Assembly: GCA_963665295.1 (NCBI GenBank) | Contig: OY762209.1 | Span: forward strand, 2,848,001 to 2,912,000 | Source of the DNA: Syntrophorhabdaceae bacterium | GTDB taxonomy: Bacteria > Desulfobacterota > Syntrophorhabdia > Syntrophorhabdales > Syntrophorhabdaceae | DNA length: 64,000 bases | Direction: 5' to 3' | In this document: positions 29,614 to 41,739 of the stretch, piece by piece | How the letters are laid out: each line of letters opens with the position of its first letter | Position numbering within the stretch: the stretch's first letter is position 1 | Notes under the pieces: model-generated | What the model was told of the DNA's origin: nothing | What the model saw: only the letters and a program-made list of their open reading frames with translations | Database searches by the model: none | Translations under genes and position numbers: made by a program

Positions 29614-31183
29614 AGCCGACCTCCCTGCTGCGGACGACACCGCTCCGGGCTATTTCTTTCTTCACCACTATTCCCTTGTCTGCATTATGGAAAGCCATCA
29701 CTGCGTCTGTCCGGTTCTCGATCAGGCCCGCAACGCCCGGTCGGGCCTCGTCGATCAAGGTCTGGGGGCACATGCCGATCCAGAGGATGACCAGGATGAG
29801 GACGGACAGGGGCGCCATCTCCCGCACCGAAAGATCACTTACGTCCGGCGAGGCGTCGCCCGGTTCCCCGAAAAATGCGCGCCATACCAGTCGAAGCGCG
29901 TATATCGCGGCCAAAACCAGACCGCCCGCTGCCACTGCAGACGCAACGGGGCTCACCTCGTAAGCGCCGAGAAGTATGAGAAACTCCGCTATGAAGTTAC
30001 CCAGTCCCGGAAGTCCGAGGGATGCGAGGGCAAAAAAGAGACCTATCCCTCCCATACGGGGCGCCCGGAGCCAGAAACCTCCCATGCGGGCAAGCTCCCG
30101 GGTATGTATGCGTTCCTGGAGGGCGCCGGCCATCATGAAAAGGGCGCCCGTACTCACACCGTGGCAGATAATCTGAATCACTACCCCGAGGAGTGCCAAT
30201 TCATTCCACACGGATATGCCTAGAAGAACGAACCCCATGTGGCTGATGCTCGTATATGCGATAAGCCGTTTCAGATCGGTCTGGGCAAAGGCCATCACCG
30301 CGCCGTAGATTATACCGGCCGCGCCGAGGGCCACTCCCGCCGGAGCAAAGCGGGCGGCGGCGTCGGGAAAAAGGGGAACGGCAAAACGAATCAGCCCGTA
30401 GGCGCCGGTTTTCAGGAGGAGACCTGCGAGGATAATACTTCCCGCTGTGGGCGCTTCCGTATGCGCGTCGGGGAGCCATGTATGGAAGGGCAGGGCGGGC
30501 AGCTTTACCAGGAAGGCCGCGAGAAAGCCGAGAAAGAGGATGGTGGCCGTGCCCGGGGCCATGGAGGTGCCGAGAAGGTCTTCATAGCCGAAGGAATAAC
30601 TGCCCGTGTCCGCGCCGTTTACAAACACGAGTCCCAGGATGGCCATGAGCATGAGGAGTCCACCTGCCTGGGTAAAGATAAAGAACTTGACGGCCCCGTA
30701 AGAGCGCCTCTCATGCCCCCAGAGAGCTATGAGAAAATACATGGGCACGAGCATGAGTTCCCAGAAGAAATAGAACAGAAAGAGGTCAAGGGCGAGAAAC
30801 ACGCCGATAATGCCTGCAAGGGAGAAGAGGAGGTTGAAATGGAAGAAGCCGTTCCGCTCCTTTATCTCCGTCCACGATGCAAGGACCCCCATGATCCCGA
30901 GGAGGGCAGTGAGGAGCACCATGAGAAGGCTTATCCCATCGAGACCGAGATGGAAACTTATCCCGAACTGGGGCAGCCACCCGGTCTCCATCTCCACAAG
31001 CCATGTGCCGGACCCCTGGGTTACGTAAAGGCCGGGATATACCCGGAGGAATAGGCCCACAAGAAATTCAAGGAACATGAAGAAAAGGGAAATCCGCCGG
31101 GGCCACACACTTGGCGGCCTGTCCGAAGCCCACGCGAGGATGCCTCCCAAAAGGGGTATCAGAATGAGGGATGTGAGGATCAT
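29600..31183 (-). CDS. nuoM: NADH-quinone oxidoreductase subunit M
   Basis: FWELMLVPMY, PFHTWLPDAHTEAP and LGLPGLGNFIAE; ATG 31183 overlaps the nuoL stop. Confidence 0.94.
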   Translation of the reverse strand: MILTSLILIPLLGGILAWASDRPPSVWPRRISLFFMFLEFLVGLFLRVYPGLYVTQGSGTWLVEMETGWLPQFGISFHLGLDGISLLMVLLTALLGIMGVLASWTEIKERNGFFHFNLLFSLAGIIGVFLALDLFLFYFFWELMLVPMYFLIALWGHERRSYGAVKFFIFTQAGGLLMLMAILGLVFVNGADTGSYSFGYEDLLGTSMAPGTATILFLGFLAAFLVKLPALPFHTWLPDAHTEAPTAGSIILAGLLLKTGAYGLIRFAVPLFPDAAARFAPAGVALGAAGIIYGAVMAFAQTDLKRLIAYTSISHMGFVLLGISVWNELALLGVVIQIICHGVSTGALFMMAGALQERIHTRELARMGGFWLRAPRMGGIGLFFALASLGLPGLGNFIAEFLILLGAYEVSPVASAVAAGGLVLAAIYALRLVWRAFFGEPGDASPDVSDLSVREMAPLSVLILVILWIGMCPQTLIDEARPGVAGLIENRTDAVMAFHNADKGIVVKKEIARSGVVRSREVGCDSL

Positions 31184-33066
31184 AGGAGTATCACCATGCC
31201 TATAAAGATGACCGCACCCAGGGCCATGGCCATGGCATACCACCGCATGTTCCCGGATTGGGTGATGGCCAGGAGACGGTGGGCGCCGGCCACCGTCCAC
31301 GCCATACCCGCGTAGAGGAGATCCGGAAGGTCATCCTTGTTGACTCGCGCCAGGAATACGAAGGGTCGCACCATCACCATTCCGTAAAGCCGGTCGAAGC
31401 CCCAGCCTGAAAGAAGAAACCGGCGGAGCGAGTGTCCCGCAGGGGAAGAGAGCCCGTGCCCTTCGATTGCCTTCCTCCGGACCAACAGGTACGCGAGGAA
31501 GATGCCGCCAACGGACACTGCGGAGGAAAGGGCGGGGAGCAGGAACTCCCGGAAGTCTCCGGGAGTGGTTCGCAGGGACGGCAGGCTATTCCTCATAAAG
31601 GCCGGAAAAAGGCCTGTCTCTCCAGACGGTGACGGGACCATCAGAAGCCCTCCCACAAGGGCCGGTATTGCGAGGACCACAAGAGGCAGGGTCATGGCCC
31701 ACCCCGAAACCCCTTGCGGCCTGATCCCGGGTTCGCCGAAGAAAACGCGGAAAAAGAGGCGAAAACCGTAAATGGATGTGAGAAGTCCGCCCGCCAGACC
31801 TGCAAAAAGCAGCAAAGACCCTCCCCGGGGAGAGGCCCATACCTGGGAGAGGATGAGGTCTTTGCTGTAATAACCTCCTGTGAGAAAAGGCACCGCGGAC
31901 AGGGAGGCTGTTCCGATGAGAAAGGTTATGAATGTAAGGGGCATCTTCTTTCTTAACCCGCCCATTCTGATTATGTCGTGTTCGTCCCCCAGGGCCCGGA
32001 TTATGACACCGGCCGAGAGGAAGAGAAGGGCCTTAAAGCAGGCGTGAACGAGGAAATGATAGATGGCGGCGATCCACGCCCCTACCCCGAGGGCCAGGAA
32101 CATGTAGCCGACCTGACTCATGGTCGAATAGGCGAGCACCCTCTTTATATCCTGTTGCACGAGAGCGCTTGACCCTGCGACGAGGAGCGTAACGGCGCCG
32201 ATGATTGCCGTCAGGAGTTGTATCGCCGGGGCCAGCTCGAAGAAGACGTGGGTCCGGGCAATGAGATACACTCCGGCCGTCACCATGGTTGCCGCATGGA
32301 TAAGTGCGCTTACCGGCGTAGGACCCGCCATGGCATCAGGCAGCCATGTCTGCAAAGGCAGTTGGGCGGACTTGGCAAGGGCCCCGCCGAGGAGGAGCGC
32401 CGCGAGCATCGTGGGCATGAGGGACCCGGCGGTCCATTGTGACGATGCCTTTGCCATGGCCTGCTGGATGTCGAGGGTTCCCAGGTTATGAAAGATCAGG
32501 AATAGACCGATTAGGAGGGTGGCGTCCCCGATACGCGTGACAATGAAAGCCTTGAACGCGGCCTGCACATTCTCTTCTCTTCTGTACCAGAACCCTATGA
32601 GGAGATAGCTGCACAACCCGACCCCTTCCCAACCGGCGTAAAGGAGAAGAAAGTTCCCCGCAAGCACGAGTACGAGCATGGAGCCTACAAAAAGGTTCAT
32701 GTAGGCGAAGAACCGTGGGTAACCTTCGTCGTCCGCCATGAACCATGTGGAGTAGAGGAGGATGAGGAAGCCTACCCAGGTAATGACGAGGACCATTACC
32801 AGGGAAAGGGGGTCGAGATAGATTGAGACGGAGGGGTTGAAACCATCGATCCTCACCCATGTCCAGAGGGTCGCGCCGTACCGGTAGTACGCGGGCGGAG
32901 AGGTGATAAACCCGAAGCCCATGACCGAGGCTGCCGCTGCGGACAGGCCGGAAGCTCCTGCGCCGATGACCGACGCCACGGACCGCGGAAATCCCGCTCC
33001 CAGGAGAAGAAGGGCCAGGAAAGCCATGAAAGGCGAGGCCAATACAACCCAGAGAAGTTCACTCAT
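31180..33066 (-). CDS. nuoL: NADH-quinone oxidoreductase subunit L
   Basis: GWEGVGLCSYLLIGFW and KSAQLPLQTWLPDAMAGPTPVSALIHAATMV. Confidence 0.95.
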   Translation of the reverse strand: MSELLWVVLASPFMAFLALLLLGAGFPRSVASVIGAGASGLSAAAASVMGFGFITSPPAYYRYGATLWTWVRIDGFNPSVSIYLDPLSLVMVLVITWVGFLILLYSTWFMADDEGYPRFFAYMNLFVGSMLVLVLAGNFLLLYAGWEGVGLCSYLLIGFWYRREENVQAAFKAFIVTRIGDATLLIGLFLIFHNLGTLDIQQAMAKASSQWTAGSLMPTMLAALLLGGALAKSAQLPLQTWLPDAMAGPTPVSALIHAATMVTAGVYLIARTHVFFELAPAIQLLTAIIGAVTLLVAGSSALVQQDIKRVLAYSTMSQVGYMFLALGVGAWIAAIYHFLVHACFKALLFLSAGVIIRALGDEHDIIRMGGLRKKMPLTFITFLIGTASLSAVPFLTGGYYSKDLILSQVWASPRGGSLLLFAGLAGGLLTSIYGFRLFFRVFFGEPGIRPQGVSGWAMTLPLVVLAIPALVGGLLMVPSPSGETGLFPAFMRNSLPSLRTTPGDFREFLLPALSSAVSVGGIFLAYLLVRRKAIEGHGLSSPAGHSLRRFLLSGWGFDRLYGMVMVRPFVFLARVNKDDLPDLLYAGMAWTVAGAHRLLAITQSGNMRWYAMAMALGAVIFIGMVILL

Positions 33067-33093
33067 TTCGCCACCCGGCCGCTCCCATCACCT

Positions 33094-33405
33094 TCATCCT
33101 TTCATCTCCGACGCGGAGTCCGCATCAAGACCCTTGTGAAGGTGGTGGAACCAGAGTAGAAGCGCGAGGGCCACCGCCACTTCGGAAGCGGCTACGGCCA
33201 GAATGAAGATGAACATGACCTGCCCGTCCGCTTCGCCCCACGACGCTCCTGCTACTATGAAGGCAAGTCCCGTCGCGTTCAGCATGATCTCCAGAGAGAG
33301 GAGTATGAAGATCAGGTCGCGACGCACAAGTACTCCCGTGAGACCTGTGACAAAGAGGAGACCTGCGAGGATCAAACCGTATTCCGTGGGTATTGCTGCC
33401 ATCAT
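33094..33405 (-). CDS. nuoK: NADH-quinone oxidoreductase subunit K
   Basis: SLEIMLNA and AVAASEVAVALA. Confidence 0.93.
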   Translation of the reverse strand: MMAAIPTEYGLILAGLLFVTGLTGVLVRRDLIFILLSLEIMLNATGLAFIVAGASWGEADGQVMFIFILAVAASEVAVALALLLWFHHLHKGLDADSASEMKG

Positions 33406-33923
33406 GGCCTGTCCCCTCCTTTTCCAGAGCTGACCTCGCCAATATGGCGCGCCAGGTGAAAGGCACCCACAAGCCCCCCCAGGAGAAGCATGGACGCAAG
33501 CTCCACACCGAGGACGTAGGGCCCGAAGAGGCTGACCGCCACATCGTGAGGTGAGACCACCACCGCATCATAGGAAGGCTCGCCCGCCGACCGCACCGCG
33601 AGGACCAGTTCCACAGCAAGGACGGCAGAGAGAAAGACGGGGCCTGCCCACACGCGTGGAGTGAGGGGCTGCTTCCCTTCCGGCGTGGCGCCGCCCAGGC
33701 GGAGCATTATGACCACGAACACGAAAAGCACCATGATTGCCCCTGCATACACAATAACCTCCAGTGCCGCGGAAAAAGGTGCACCGAGAATGAAGAAGAC
33801 CATCCCCACAGAGAGGAAGGACACCACCAGGTAGAGCAGGGCATGGACCGGGTCGCGGCGGGTAACTACCATGACCGTGGAGATCACCGCAACAATGCCG
33901 GCTATAAGGAATAATGCATTCAT
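33402..33923 (-). CDS. nuoJ: NADH-quinone oxidoreductase subunit J
   Basis: PVHALLYL and VIVYAGAIMVLFVFVV. Confidence 0.93.
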   Translation of the reverse strand: MNALFLIAGIVAVISTVMVVTRRDPVHALLYLVVSFLSVGMVFFILGAPFSAALEVIVYAGAIMVLFVFVVIMLRLGGATPEGKQPLTPRVWAGPVFLSAVLAVELVLAVRSAGEPSYDAVVVSPHDVAVSLFGPYVLGVELASMLLLGGLVGAFHLARHIGEVSSGKGGDRP

Positions 33924-34002
33924 GGTTTCCTTGTCTCCCCGGAGCCCGCTTCGGCCGGCCGGGGTCCTTGTTCAGGAAATGTGCACAGGTATGTATGGGC
34001 TC

Positions 34003-34518
34003 TCACGGCATCAGGCTCCTTACATCCACGGGCGGCAGTTCATCGACCGCCTCGCCTTTGTCCTTTCCCTTGATCGCAAGGCCCGCCACCCGGTAGAAAT
34101 TGTATCCGGGGTATTTGCCCGGCCCGTTTATGAGCAGGTCATCCTTTTCGTAAACGAGATTCCGGCGGTCGTATTCGCCCATCTCGAAATCAGGAGTGAG
34201 CTGAATCGCGTACGTGGGGCACGCCTCCTCACAGAACCCGCAGAAAATGCACCGGGAAAAGTTAATGCGGAAGAATCCGGGATACCGCCTGCCATCGGGG
34301 CCTTCCTCCGCCTGAAGGGATATGCAGTCCACCGGACAGGCAACTGCGCAGAGGTAACAGGCAACACACCTCTCCTCCCCGTCGGGGTCGCGGGAGAGGA
34401 TGATCCGTCCCCTCCACCGGGGAGGGATATCCCTCCTTTCTTCCGGATAGAGGACGGTCTCCCGTTTTCTTACGGTATGGAGGAGGACTGTCCACATGGT
34501 CTTGAGTATGCTCAGCAA
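34003..34518 (-). CDS. nuoI: NADH-quinone oxidoreductase subunit I
   Basis: Two CxxCxxCxxxCP motifs ([12 protein letters not shown] and [12 protein letters not shown]). Confidence 0.95.
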   Translation of the reverse strand: MLSILKTMWTVLLHTVRKRETVLYPEERRDIPPRWRGRIILSRDPDGEERCVACYLCAVACPVDCISLQAEEGPDGRRYPGFFRINFSRCIFCGFCEEACPTYAIQLTPDFEMGEYDRRNLVYEKDDLLINGPGKYPGYNFYRVAGLAIKGKDKGEAVDELPPVDVRSLMP

Positions 34519-34527
34519 TGGGGCACC

Positions 34528-35484
34528 CTAACGTCCCGTGGCGAGGACGATGCCTCCCGTCGCCACCAGGTTGAGAAGTGCAAGGGGCAGCATTATTTTC
34601 CATCCATAGGCCATCAACCGGTCATACCTGGGCCTCGGCAGCGACGCGCGCAGCAGTATGAAGCCCGAGACGAAGATAAAGGTCTTGATCCCGAACCATA
34701 CCAGGGGCGGGAGCACGGGCCCGAGCCACCCGCCGAAGAAGAAGGTGGCCACAAGGGCTGATATGAGGGTGACGTTGAGATATTCCCCCACAAAGAACAT
34801 GCCGAATTTCATGCCTGAATACTCGGAGTGATATCCGGCCACGAGTTCGTTTTCCGCCTCGGGCAGATCGAAAGGCAGTCGGTGGGTCCCTGCAATACCC
34901 GCGATAATGAATACCATCAGGCCCGCGAACTGGGGCACGCAGAACCACATGCCCCTCTGGGCCTCCACGATTTCACGGAGGCTGAAGGAACCCGCAAGCT
35001 GTACCACGCCCATAAGGGAAAGGCCCATGAACACCTCGTAGCTGATCATCTGGGCCACCGCCCTCAGGGCCCCCAATAAAGAATACTTGTTTCCCGAAGA
35101 CCACCCCGCGAGGACGGTGCTCAACACGCCGAGGCCGGTCATGGCGAGAAAGAAGGGGATCCCTATGTTCAGATCCGCCACCTGGAGTCCCGGGGCAAAG
35201 GGGATTACGGCAAAAGACACGAGGGCAGTTACCATGATGATCGCGGGGGCAAGGACGAAAAGGACTTTATCCGCAAAAGGGGGCACCCAATCTTCTTTGG
35301 TAATGATCTTTATCATATCGGCAACCACTTGGAGGAGTCCGAAGGGGCCGACCCGGTTTGGACCGTACCGGTCCTGCCATAAGGCGAGAAGTCTCCTTTC
35401 GAGCCAGATGAGCCATGCGGCGACAAGAAGCACCGAGACGAATACGCCGATGACGATGGTGAGTTGCCGGACCGTATCACTCAT
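34528..35484 (-). CDS. nuoH: NADH-quinone oxidoreductase subunit H
   Basis: [11 protein letters not shown] and [21 protein letters not shown]. Confidence 0.95.
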   Translation of the reverse strand: MSDTVRQLTIVIGVFVSVLLVAAWLIWLERRLLALWQDRYGPNRVGPFGLLQVVADMIKIITKEDWVPPFADKVLFVLAPAIIMVTALVSFAVIPFAPGLQVADLNIGIPFFLAMTGLGVLSTVLAGWSSGNKYSLLGALRAVAQMISYEVFMGLSLMGVVQLAGSFSLREIVEAQRGMWFCVPQFAGLMVFIIAGIAGTHRLPFDLPEAENELVAGYHSEYSGMKFGMFFVGEYLNVTLISALVATFFFGGWLGPVLPPLVWFGIKTFIFVSGFILLRASLPRPRYDRLMAYGWKIMLPLALLNLVATGGIVLATGR

Positions 35485-38194
35485 GGACTATCTTCCTTAT
35501 CTCAATATACGCACCCAGGGCCCCGGACGGGAACCCCGGCAACCCCGAGGGCAGCCCGGCCGTGCCCGTGGGGAGGGCGGGCCTTATGAGCAAAGGCAGA
35601 TGATACGACCCTTCCGGCGTGACGACATCCACCTTCTCACCTTCAGCGAGCCCGAGGCGGGCTGCGTCGTCCGGGTTAAGGGCTGCGTAGGGCTCGGGGA
35701 TGAGCCCCTCCACTGCGGGGGAGAAATTGCTCAACTCATCGGAGCCGAAGACGTGGAAGAGGGGGACCCTGGTAAAGGCCCCACCCGACCGGCGCCGCGG
35801 CGGCACCGGCGTGAAGTAGTCCGGACCGACGGACGCGCCCGGTTCTATGAGCCTCCGGCCCGGATCGCCCCCGTGGAGCGGTCCTCCCACCTCGGTTTGA
35901 AATTTGTTCACAGCCTGCACGGAATTCCACCCAGGGGCCCAGAAACGGGTTATGAGGGAAGGAGGGGTCTCTCCCTCGTAACCTTCCATGGAAAAGGCGA
36001 GAGGGGAATCGGGGTCGTCAGGAGGCTCCGGCTCGTGGATATCGAGGTTGGCGGTAAGGGATGTACGGCCGCTTGCCCGATGGGATTGGCGAGGGATCTT
36101 CCGGCCCATGACGCGGAACCCCGCGGGAGGCGCAATGTCCCGGACAGGCCGGAACACGGGGAGAGCCTCCGCGAGGGAAGCGATGCAATCGTCGACGGTC
36201 TCCCATGACGCGCCTTCACCCCGGCCTGTCATGGCCATGAGGTCCCGCGCCCAGCGCCAGCTTGCCTCGATGTGTCCCCGGGGAGGGAAGACCTGGAAGA
36301 ACCGTTGCCCCCGTCCTTCACTATTTACCAGGGTCCCTGTCGCTTCCGCAAATGTTGCGGCGGGAAGGACGAGTTCCGCAAGGGAGATCGTCTCATGAGG
36401 CAGATGGTCGAGGGTCACCAGATGCCGGACCTTTGCGAGGCACGTGGTGAGCCGCTCACGTCCTACCCTCCTGAAAAGGTTATTTTCAAGAATGATAACC
36501 GTATCGGCGCTGCCTTCTTCCACTGCCTCGAGGGCTTTTTCAATCCCGAGGCGGCCCATGAGGCCGAGACCGAAACTGTTTGCTTCCGGCATGACAAATA
36601 CGAGACCGACACCCGGATGTGTCCTTGACAGGGCCCGGGCTACGTTCGCCGCTCCTTCGATCACCTTACCGTTGCCCTGGTTTACGCCGGATATTATAAG
36701 GGGGCGTTCCGCGCGGGTGAGGGTTTCCGCGACATTAAGGGCAAGGGCCACGGTGCGGTCGTCAATGTCGGGCACGGGCGGGGAAAGGGGGTCGAGGTGG
36801 TGGGCGACGGCGAACCCGAGGCGGGCTATGTCATCCGGCGTTGCCCTCATGACCTCGGTGGCGGAAGGGTCGAGCCACGTGTCCGCGGGGGACGCGATGA
36901 AAAGGGGCCCCTTCCTTCCTTGAGAGGCCACGCGGGCAGCCCTGTCGTCCCAGCGCGGAATGTGGAGCCTTGTTGCCAGGGTCAGGGGTCCGTTCCGCAA
37001 CGCCTGTAATACAGCCAGGGAAAGCATGGGGGCTGTGTTGGTGATGTCCTCACCGAGGATAAGGATTGCATCCGCCGCTGCGGCGTCGGCAAGAGACGGG
37101 GTGCGGGCAGGGCCTCCCCGCAATATGTCGATCGCGAGGGAAACAAGGTCGAGTTCTTCCTGAGTCATGCCCGCGAAGAACCTCCCCTCCCCCACGAGGC
37201 ATCTCAAGGCGTAGTTGGCCTCAAGAGACGCCCTGGGGGAGCCGATGGCGACGATGCCCCTGCTTTCCGACGCGATCTCACTATAACGGCCGAGGGCGCG
37301 CTCCTTTGATGCGGGGACCATGGCGCCGGTGGCGGGTTCCCTGAGAAGGGGCTCCCGTATTTTCCCGGGATCGTTCACAAATTCATAACCGAATCGTCCC
37401 CGGTCGCAGAGAAAGTAACCGTTTACACTGCCGTTGTAACGGTTCCTCATGCGCCGGACCACGCCCGATCGCTCGCCCGGGAGGGTGTTGCAGCCGAGGG
37501 CGCAGTGAACACAGACCGAAGGGGCGCACTGAAGGTCCCAGGGCCGGGTGAAATGCTTCTTGGAGGTCTTGTCCGTGAAAACTCCGGTAGGGCATATCTC
37601 CGCGAGATTGCCGCTGAAGATGTTTTCGAGCACGCCCTCTTCATGGCGGCCGAAGTAAACCCGGTTCTGCGAGGCGAGGACGTTGAAATCGCGGCCTCCC
37701 GCGTAATCGCGGTAGAAACGCACGCAGCGGTAACACTGGATACACCGGTTCATCTCGTGGTTGATGAAGGGTCCGAGGTACTGGTTCCGATACGTCCTCT
37801 TTTTGAACCGGTTTCTGCGGTATACATGGCCCGTCATTACCGTCATGTCCTGGAGGTGGCACTCGCCCCCTTCATCGCAGACGGGGCAGTCGTGGGGATG
37901 GTTGAGCATAAGCCACTCGATATTTGCGGACCTGAACTCCCTCGCTTCCCGGTCGTCGACGGAAACCCTCATACCCTCGGCGACAGGGGTCATACAGGAC
38001 ATAACGATCCTCCCCCTGGTATCTTTGTCGTCCCTGAACAGCTTTACCGCGCATTGACGGCATGCCCCCACGGACTCGAGGGCAGGGTGCCAGCAAAAAT
38101 AAGGCACATCGAACCCGAGTGAAAGACAGGCGCGAAGCAGGCTCTGTCCTCCCGCCGTCTCATAGGGCCTGCCGTCAACCTGGATTCTGATCAT
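35477..38194 (-). CDS. nuoG: NADH-quinone oxidoreductase subunit G (long form)
   Basis: [36 protein letters not shown] and [11 protein letters not shown] 38194 overlaps the nuoF stop. Confidence 0.94.
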   Translation of the reverse strand: MIRIQVDGRPYETAGGQSLLRACLSLGFDVPYFCWHPALESVGACRQCAVKLFRDDKDTRGRIVMSCMTPVAEGMRVSVDDREAREFRSANIEWLMLNHPHDCPVCDEGGECHLQDMTVMTGHVYRRNRFKKRTYRNQYLGPFINHEMNRCIQCYRCVRFYRDYAGGRDFNVLASQNRVYFGRHEEGVLENIFSGNLAEICPTGVFTDKTSKKHFTRPWDLQCAPSVCVHCALGCNTLPGERSGVVRRMRNRYNGSVNGYFLCDRGRFGYEFVNDPGKIREPLLREPATGAMVPASKERALGRYSEIASESRGIVAIGSPRASLEANYALRCLVGEGRFFAGMTQEELDLVSLAIDILRGGPARTPSLADAAAADAILILGEDITNTAPMLSLAVLQALRNGPLTLATRLHIPRWDDRAARVASQGRKGPLFIASPADTWLDPSATEVMRATPDDIARLGFAVAHHLDPLSPPVPDIDDRTVALALNVAETLTRAERPLIISGVNQGNGKVIEGAANVARALSRTHPGVGLVFVMPEANSFGLGLMGRLGIEKALEAVEEGSADTVIILENNLFRRVGRERLTTCLAKVRHLVTLDHLPHETISLAELVLPAATFAEATGTLVNSEGRGQRFFQVFPPRGHIEASWRWARDLMAMTGRGEGASWETVDDCIASLAEALPVFRPVRDIAPPAGFRVMGRKIPRQSHRASGRTSLTANLDIHEPEPPDDPDSPLAFSMEGYEGETPPSLITRFWAPGWNSVQAVNKFQTEVGGPLHGGDPGRRLIEPGASVGPDYFTPVPPRRRSGGAFTRVPLFHVFGSDELSNFSPAVEGLIPEPYAALNPDDAARLGLAEGEKVDVVTPEGSYHLPLLIRPALPTGTAGLPSGLPGFPSGALGAYIEIRKIVHE

Positions 38195-39471
38195 GTTCTC
38201 CGGTACGGACAACGTCCCTCCTCAATATGGCGCACAAAATCTTCCCGGAAGTATTTGAGCGCGCTCTGAAGGGGCTCCATTGCCCCAGGGGCGTGGGCGC
38301 AGTAGGTACGACCCGGGCCGAGAAGCCTTGTTTGTTCTTCGAGGAGTGCCATATCCTCTTCCTGCCCCTCTCCGTTTTCGATAGCCTCCACTATTCGGGC
38401 AACCCAGGGGAGACCCTCCCGGCAGGGTGTGCACCAGCCGCACGACTCCCGGGCAAAGAAGCGTTCCAGATTTGCCACCATGCCCACTATGCAGGTATGG
38501 TCGTCGAGGACGATCATGGTCCCCGTGCCGAGGCGGCTTCCCGCCTTCTGCACGGAATCGTAATCCATCTTCGTATCCAGATGTTCCCCGCACAGAAAAT
38601 CGGTTGACCCTCCACCGGGAAGGAAACCCTTCAGGGCGAAGCTGTCCCTCATGCCCCCGGCGTGTTCTTCCAGGAGTTCCCTCATGGTAATGCCCATGGG
38701 AAGCTCCCATGTTCCCGGTCTTTTCACCCTTCCGCTCACGCCGTATATCTTGGTACCCCCGTCCTGCGACCTGCTGAGGGTCCTGTACCAGTCCGCCCCG
38801 TTTCTGATGATGTGGGGGACATTGGACAGGGTTTCCGCGTTATTCACTATGGCCGGCCTTCCCCAGAGCCCGGACATCTGGGGAAAGGGAGGTTTTGAGC
38901 GGGGTATTGCCCGCTTGCCCTCGAGGGCATTCAACAGGGCGGTCTCCTCGCCGCAGATATAACGACCCGCGCCCACGTGGAGGCGCATATGGAGGTTGTA
39001 TCCTGATTTCAGGATGTTATCCCCCAGGTATCCCGCCTCATATGCCTCGTCTATGGCCTTCCTGATTCTCAGGGCCGACTCGCCGTATTCCCACCTCAGA
39101 AAGACGTATGCCTTCGAGGCCCTGGTGGCGTAACCGCCTATGATCATACCCTCGATGAGCTGGTGGGGATTTCCCTCCATGAGGAGCCTGTCTTTGAAAG
39201 CTCCCGGCTCCATCTCGTCGGAATTGGATATGAAGTATCTCGGAAAAGACGCGTCGTCGTCCGGGGGTTCCACAGACCACTTCTGGCCGGTGGGAAAACC
39301 TGCCCCTCCTCTGCCTCGGAGGTTGGAGGCCGTCACCTCTTTGCGCACGTCGGCGGGTGTCATACGATCAAGGGCCTTTCTCAAACCTTCGTAGCCCCCG
39401 CGCAATTCATACTCCCTGATTGTGAGCGGTTGTCCGTTGGGTCTCATGTTTTCGGTGAGTGGTCGTTCCAT
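38191..39471 (-). CDS. nuoF: NADH-quinone oxidoreductase subunit F
   Basis: LRGRGGAGFPTG, YICGEETAL and ESCGWCTPCREG. Confidence 0.95.
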   Translation of the reverse strand: MERPLTENMRPNGQPLTIREYELRGGYEGLRKALDRMTPADVRKEVTASNLRGRGGAGFPTGQKWSVEPPDDDASFPRYFISNSDEMEPGAFKDRLLMEGNPHQLIEGMIIGGYATRASKAYVFLRWEYGESALRIRKAIDEAYEAGYLGDNILKSGYNLHMRLHVGAGRYICGEETALLNALEGKRAIPRSKPPFPQMSGLWGRPAIVNNAETLSNVPHIIRNGADWYRTLSRSQDGGTKIYGVSGRVKRPGTWELPMGITMRELLEEHAGGMRDSFALKGFLPGGGSTDFLCGEHLDTKMDYDSVQKAGSRLGTGTMIVLDDHTCIVGMVANLERFFARESCGWCTPCREGLPWVARIVEAIENGEGQEEDMALLEEQTRLLGPGRTYCAHAPGAMEPLQSALKYFREDFVRHIEEGRCPYRRT

Positions 39472-39485
39472 GTTTTCTTCTTTGC

Positions 39486-39950
39486 CTACGGATGATTGTC
39501 GAGAATGGCGGCGAGACGCTGCCGGTCCAGGTCCCCGTAAAGCCTTCCGTCTACCATCATGGCCGGTGCGTGGTCGCAGGCTCCTATACAGCTCACGGGT
39601 AACAGGGTAAACCTTCCGTCCTCCGTGGTCTCGCCAAATCCGATGCCCAGGCGTTCCAACAGGTAATCCAGAACATCCTCGAACCCCAGGATCCAGCAGG
39701 TAACGCTGTCGCACACGAGGATGATGTGCCTGCCGACAGGCCTGCGGAAGATGAAGGGATAGAAAGTGGCCACCCCGTCGAGTTCATCGGCGGTCATGCC
39801 GAGGAGGGTCGCGAGGTCCTTCACCGCTTCATCGGAGACAAAGCCGCGGGAACGCTGAATGACCCTCAGCGCCTCCACCGAGGCGGCCGCCGGTTCTTCC
39901 AGTGTATCCAGTTCCGCCTCTATGTCTCTCAGTTCCCCTTCACTCAACAT
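39486..39950 (-). CDS. nuoE: NADH-quinone oxidoreductase subunit E
   Basis: VATFY, CDSVTC and CIGACDHAP [2Fe-2S] motifs. Confidence 0.95.
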   Translation of the reverse strand: MLSEGELRDIEAELDTLEEPAAASVEALRVIQRSRGFVSDEAVKDLATLLGMTADELDGVATFYPFIFRRPVGRHIILVCDSVTCWILGFEDVLDYLLERLGIGFGETTEDGRFTLLPVSCIGACDHAPAMMVDGRLYGDLDRQRLAAILDNHP

Positions 39951-39975
39951 AGCCTTTCACTCCTGCGTAAGACCC

Positions 39976-41736
39976 TCAACGGTCCACGTCGGCAAGTACA
40001 TAATCCATGCTGCCTAATATAGCGACGAGATCGGCGATCATCAATCCCCGGCAAAGCATGGGAACGGTCTGAAGATGGGCGAAGGAAGGTGTCCTGATCC
40101 GCGTCCGGTAAGACATGGCGCCCCCGTCGCTTATGAGATAATAACTATTGATGCCCTTTGTTGCCTCCACTGCGGACGCGGCTTCCCCGGGGGGGATAAC
40201 GGGTCCCCAGCTCACGCTCAAGAAATGGGCGATCAATGTCTCGATGTCCCTTATGGTCCGCTCCTTGAGAGGGGGTGTGGCAAGGGGGTGGTCGGACTTG
40301 TAGGAACCGGAGGGCATATTCTCCACGCACTGCGCGATGATCCTGAGACTCTGGCGTATCTCCTCGGCCCGAACCAGGGCCCGGCTGTATGAATCCCCGT
40401 CGGTGGCCGTAGGCACGTCGAAGTCAAACTGATCGTATCCGGAGTAGGGCCGTTTCTTCCTCAGGTCCCATTCAAGGCCTGAGGCGCGCAAGTTGGGACC
40501 CGTCACACCCCACTCTATGGCCTCGTCGAGGGACAACACCCCGATCCCCCTGGTACGCGCCCTGAAGAGGCGGTTCTTAATGACCAGCTTGTCATATTCC
40601 TTGAGCCTGCCGGGAAGGTAGCCAAGAAAGTCGCGGACCGGTTGTGCCCACCCCTTGGGAAGGTCCTGCGCCACGCCGCCGATACGGAACCATTCGGGGT
40701 GCATCCGCCCCCCGCATATGGCTTCGATGATGCGGAATACCCGTTCCCGGTCGTTGAACATGAAGAAGACCGGGGACATGGCGCCCAGGTCCTGGGCAAA
40801 GGTGCCGTAAAAGACCAGGTGGCTTGCGATCCTGAAAAGTTCCGCGATCATGACGCGGATGACCTTTGCCCGGTCCGGTACGGTAATCCCCCCGAGTTGT
40901 TCCACGGCGAGCACGTAGGGAAGGTTATTCATGGACCCGGCAAGGTAATCGATCCGGTCCGTATAAGGGATGTATGTATGCCACGACTGCCGTTCGGCCA
41001 TCTTTTCGGCTCCCCTGTGGTGGTAGCCGATATCGAGCGCGGCATCTTTGATCTCTTCGCCGTCAAGTTCGAGGATTACTCTGAGCAGACCGTGGGTGCC
41101 CGGATGCTGGGGACCCACGTTGAGAAACATGAAATGCCCGTCTTCTCCGCCCTTCATACCCCATTCCCCGGGATGGAAGGCAAGGGCCCTTTCTTCTTCC
41201 TCTGCCTTTTCTTCGGGCAAGCGGAACGGAGCCATCTCGGTGGCCCGGGCAGGGTGTTCCTTGCGGAGGGGGTGGTCGCTCCAGGTGGAAGGCATGAGGA
41301 TGCGCCTCAGGTCCGGGTGCCCCCTGAAGGTGATGCCGAACATGTCCCACACCTCCCGCTCGTACCAGTTGGAAGAGGGCCAGATATCGACAATGCTCGG
41401 GGCTTCCGGCATGTCTCCCGTAAGGGGCACCTTCACCCGAAGGTCCTCGTTCCTGCCGTGGGACAGAAGATGATATACGAGACTGAAATCTCGTCGCGGT
41501 TGGTCTTCGCAACGGGTCCGCCCACGTTCGTCTATAGCGGTGAGGTCATAGAGCATCCGGTAGGGCTCGTGCACCCCGTTCTTGAGAAAGTGGAGCATGT
41601 CCTTGAGCATGGACTCTCCAGCCCATATTGTGGGGATTGCGTCCATGGTCGCCTGCCGGCGGACCGCCTCCACGCCGAAATGCGCCTGGAGTTCGGTCAC
41701 CACGTCCTCACGAAAAGGGCTCGACACGTTGTCCAT
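39976..41736 (-). CDS. nuoCD: Fused NADH-quinone oxidoreductase subunit C/D
   Basis: [17 protein letters not shown] (NuoC) continuous with [19 protein letters not shown] (NuoD). Confidence 0.95.
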   Translation of the reverse strand: MDNVSSPFREDVVTELQAHFGVEAVRRQATMDAIPTIWAGESMLKDMLHFLKNGVHEPYRMLYDLTAIDERGRTRCEDQPRRDFSLVYHLLSHGRNEDLRVKVPLTGDMPEAPSIVDIWPSSNWYEREVWDMFGITFRGHPDLRRILMPSTWSDHPLRKEHPARATEMAPFRLPEEKAEEEERALAFHPGEWGMKGGEDGHFMFLNVGPQHPGTHGLLRVILELDGEEIKDAALDIGYHHRGAEKMAERQSWHTYIPYTDRIDYLAGSMNNLPYVLAVEQLGGITVPDRAKVIRVMIAELFRIASHLVFYGTFAQDLGAMSPVFFMFNDRERVFRIIEAICGGRMHPEWFRIGGVAQDLPKGWAQPVRDFLGYLPGRLKEYDKLVIKNRLFRARTRGIGVLSLDEAIEWGVTGPNLRASGLEWDLRKKRPYSGYDQFDFDVPTATDGDSYSRALVRAEEIRQSLRIIAQCVENMPSGSYKSDHPLATPPLKERTIRDIETLIAHFLSVSWGPVIPPGEAASAVEATKGINSYYLISDGGAMSYRTRIRTPSFAHLQTVPMLCRGLMIADLVAILGSMDYVLADVDR

Positions 41737-41739
41737 TCT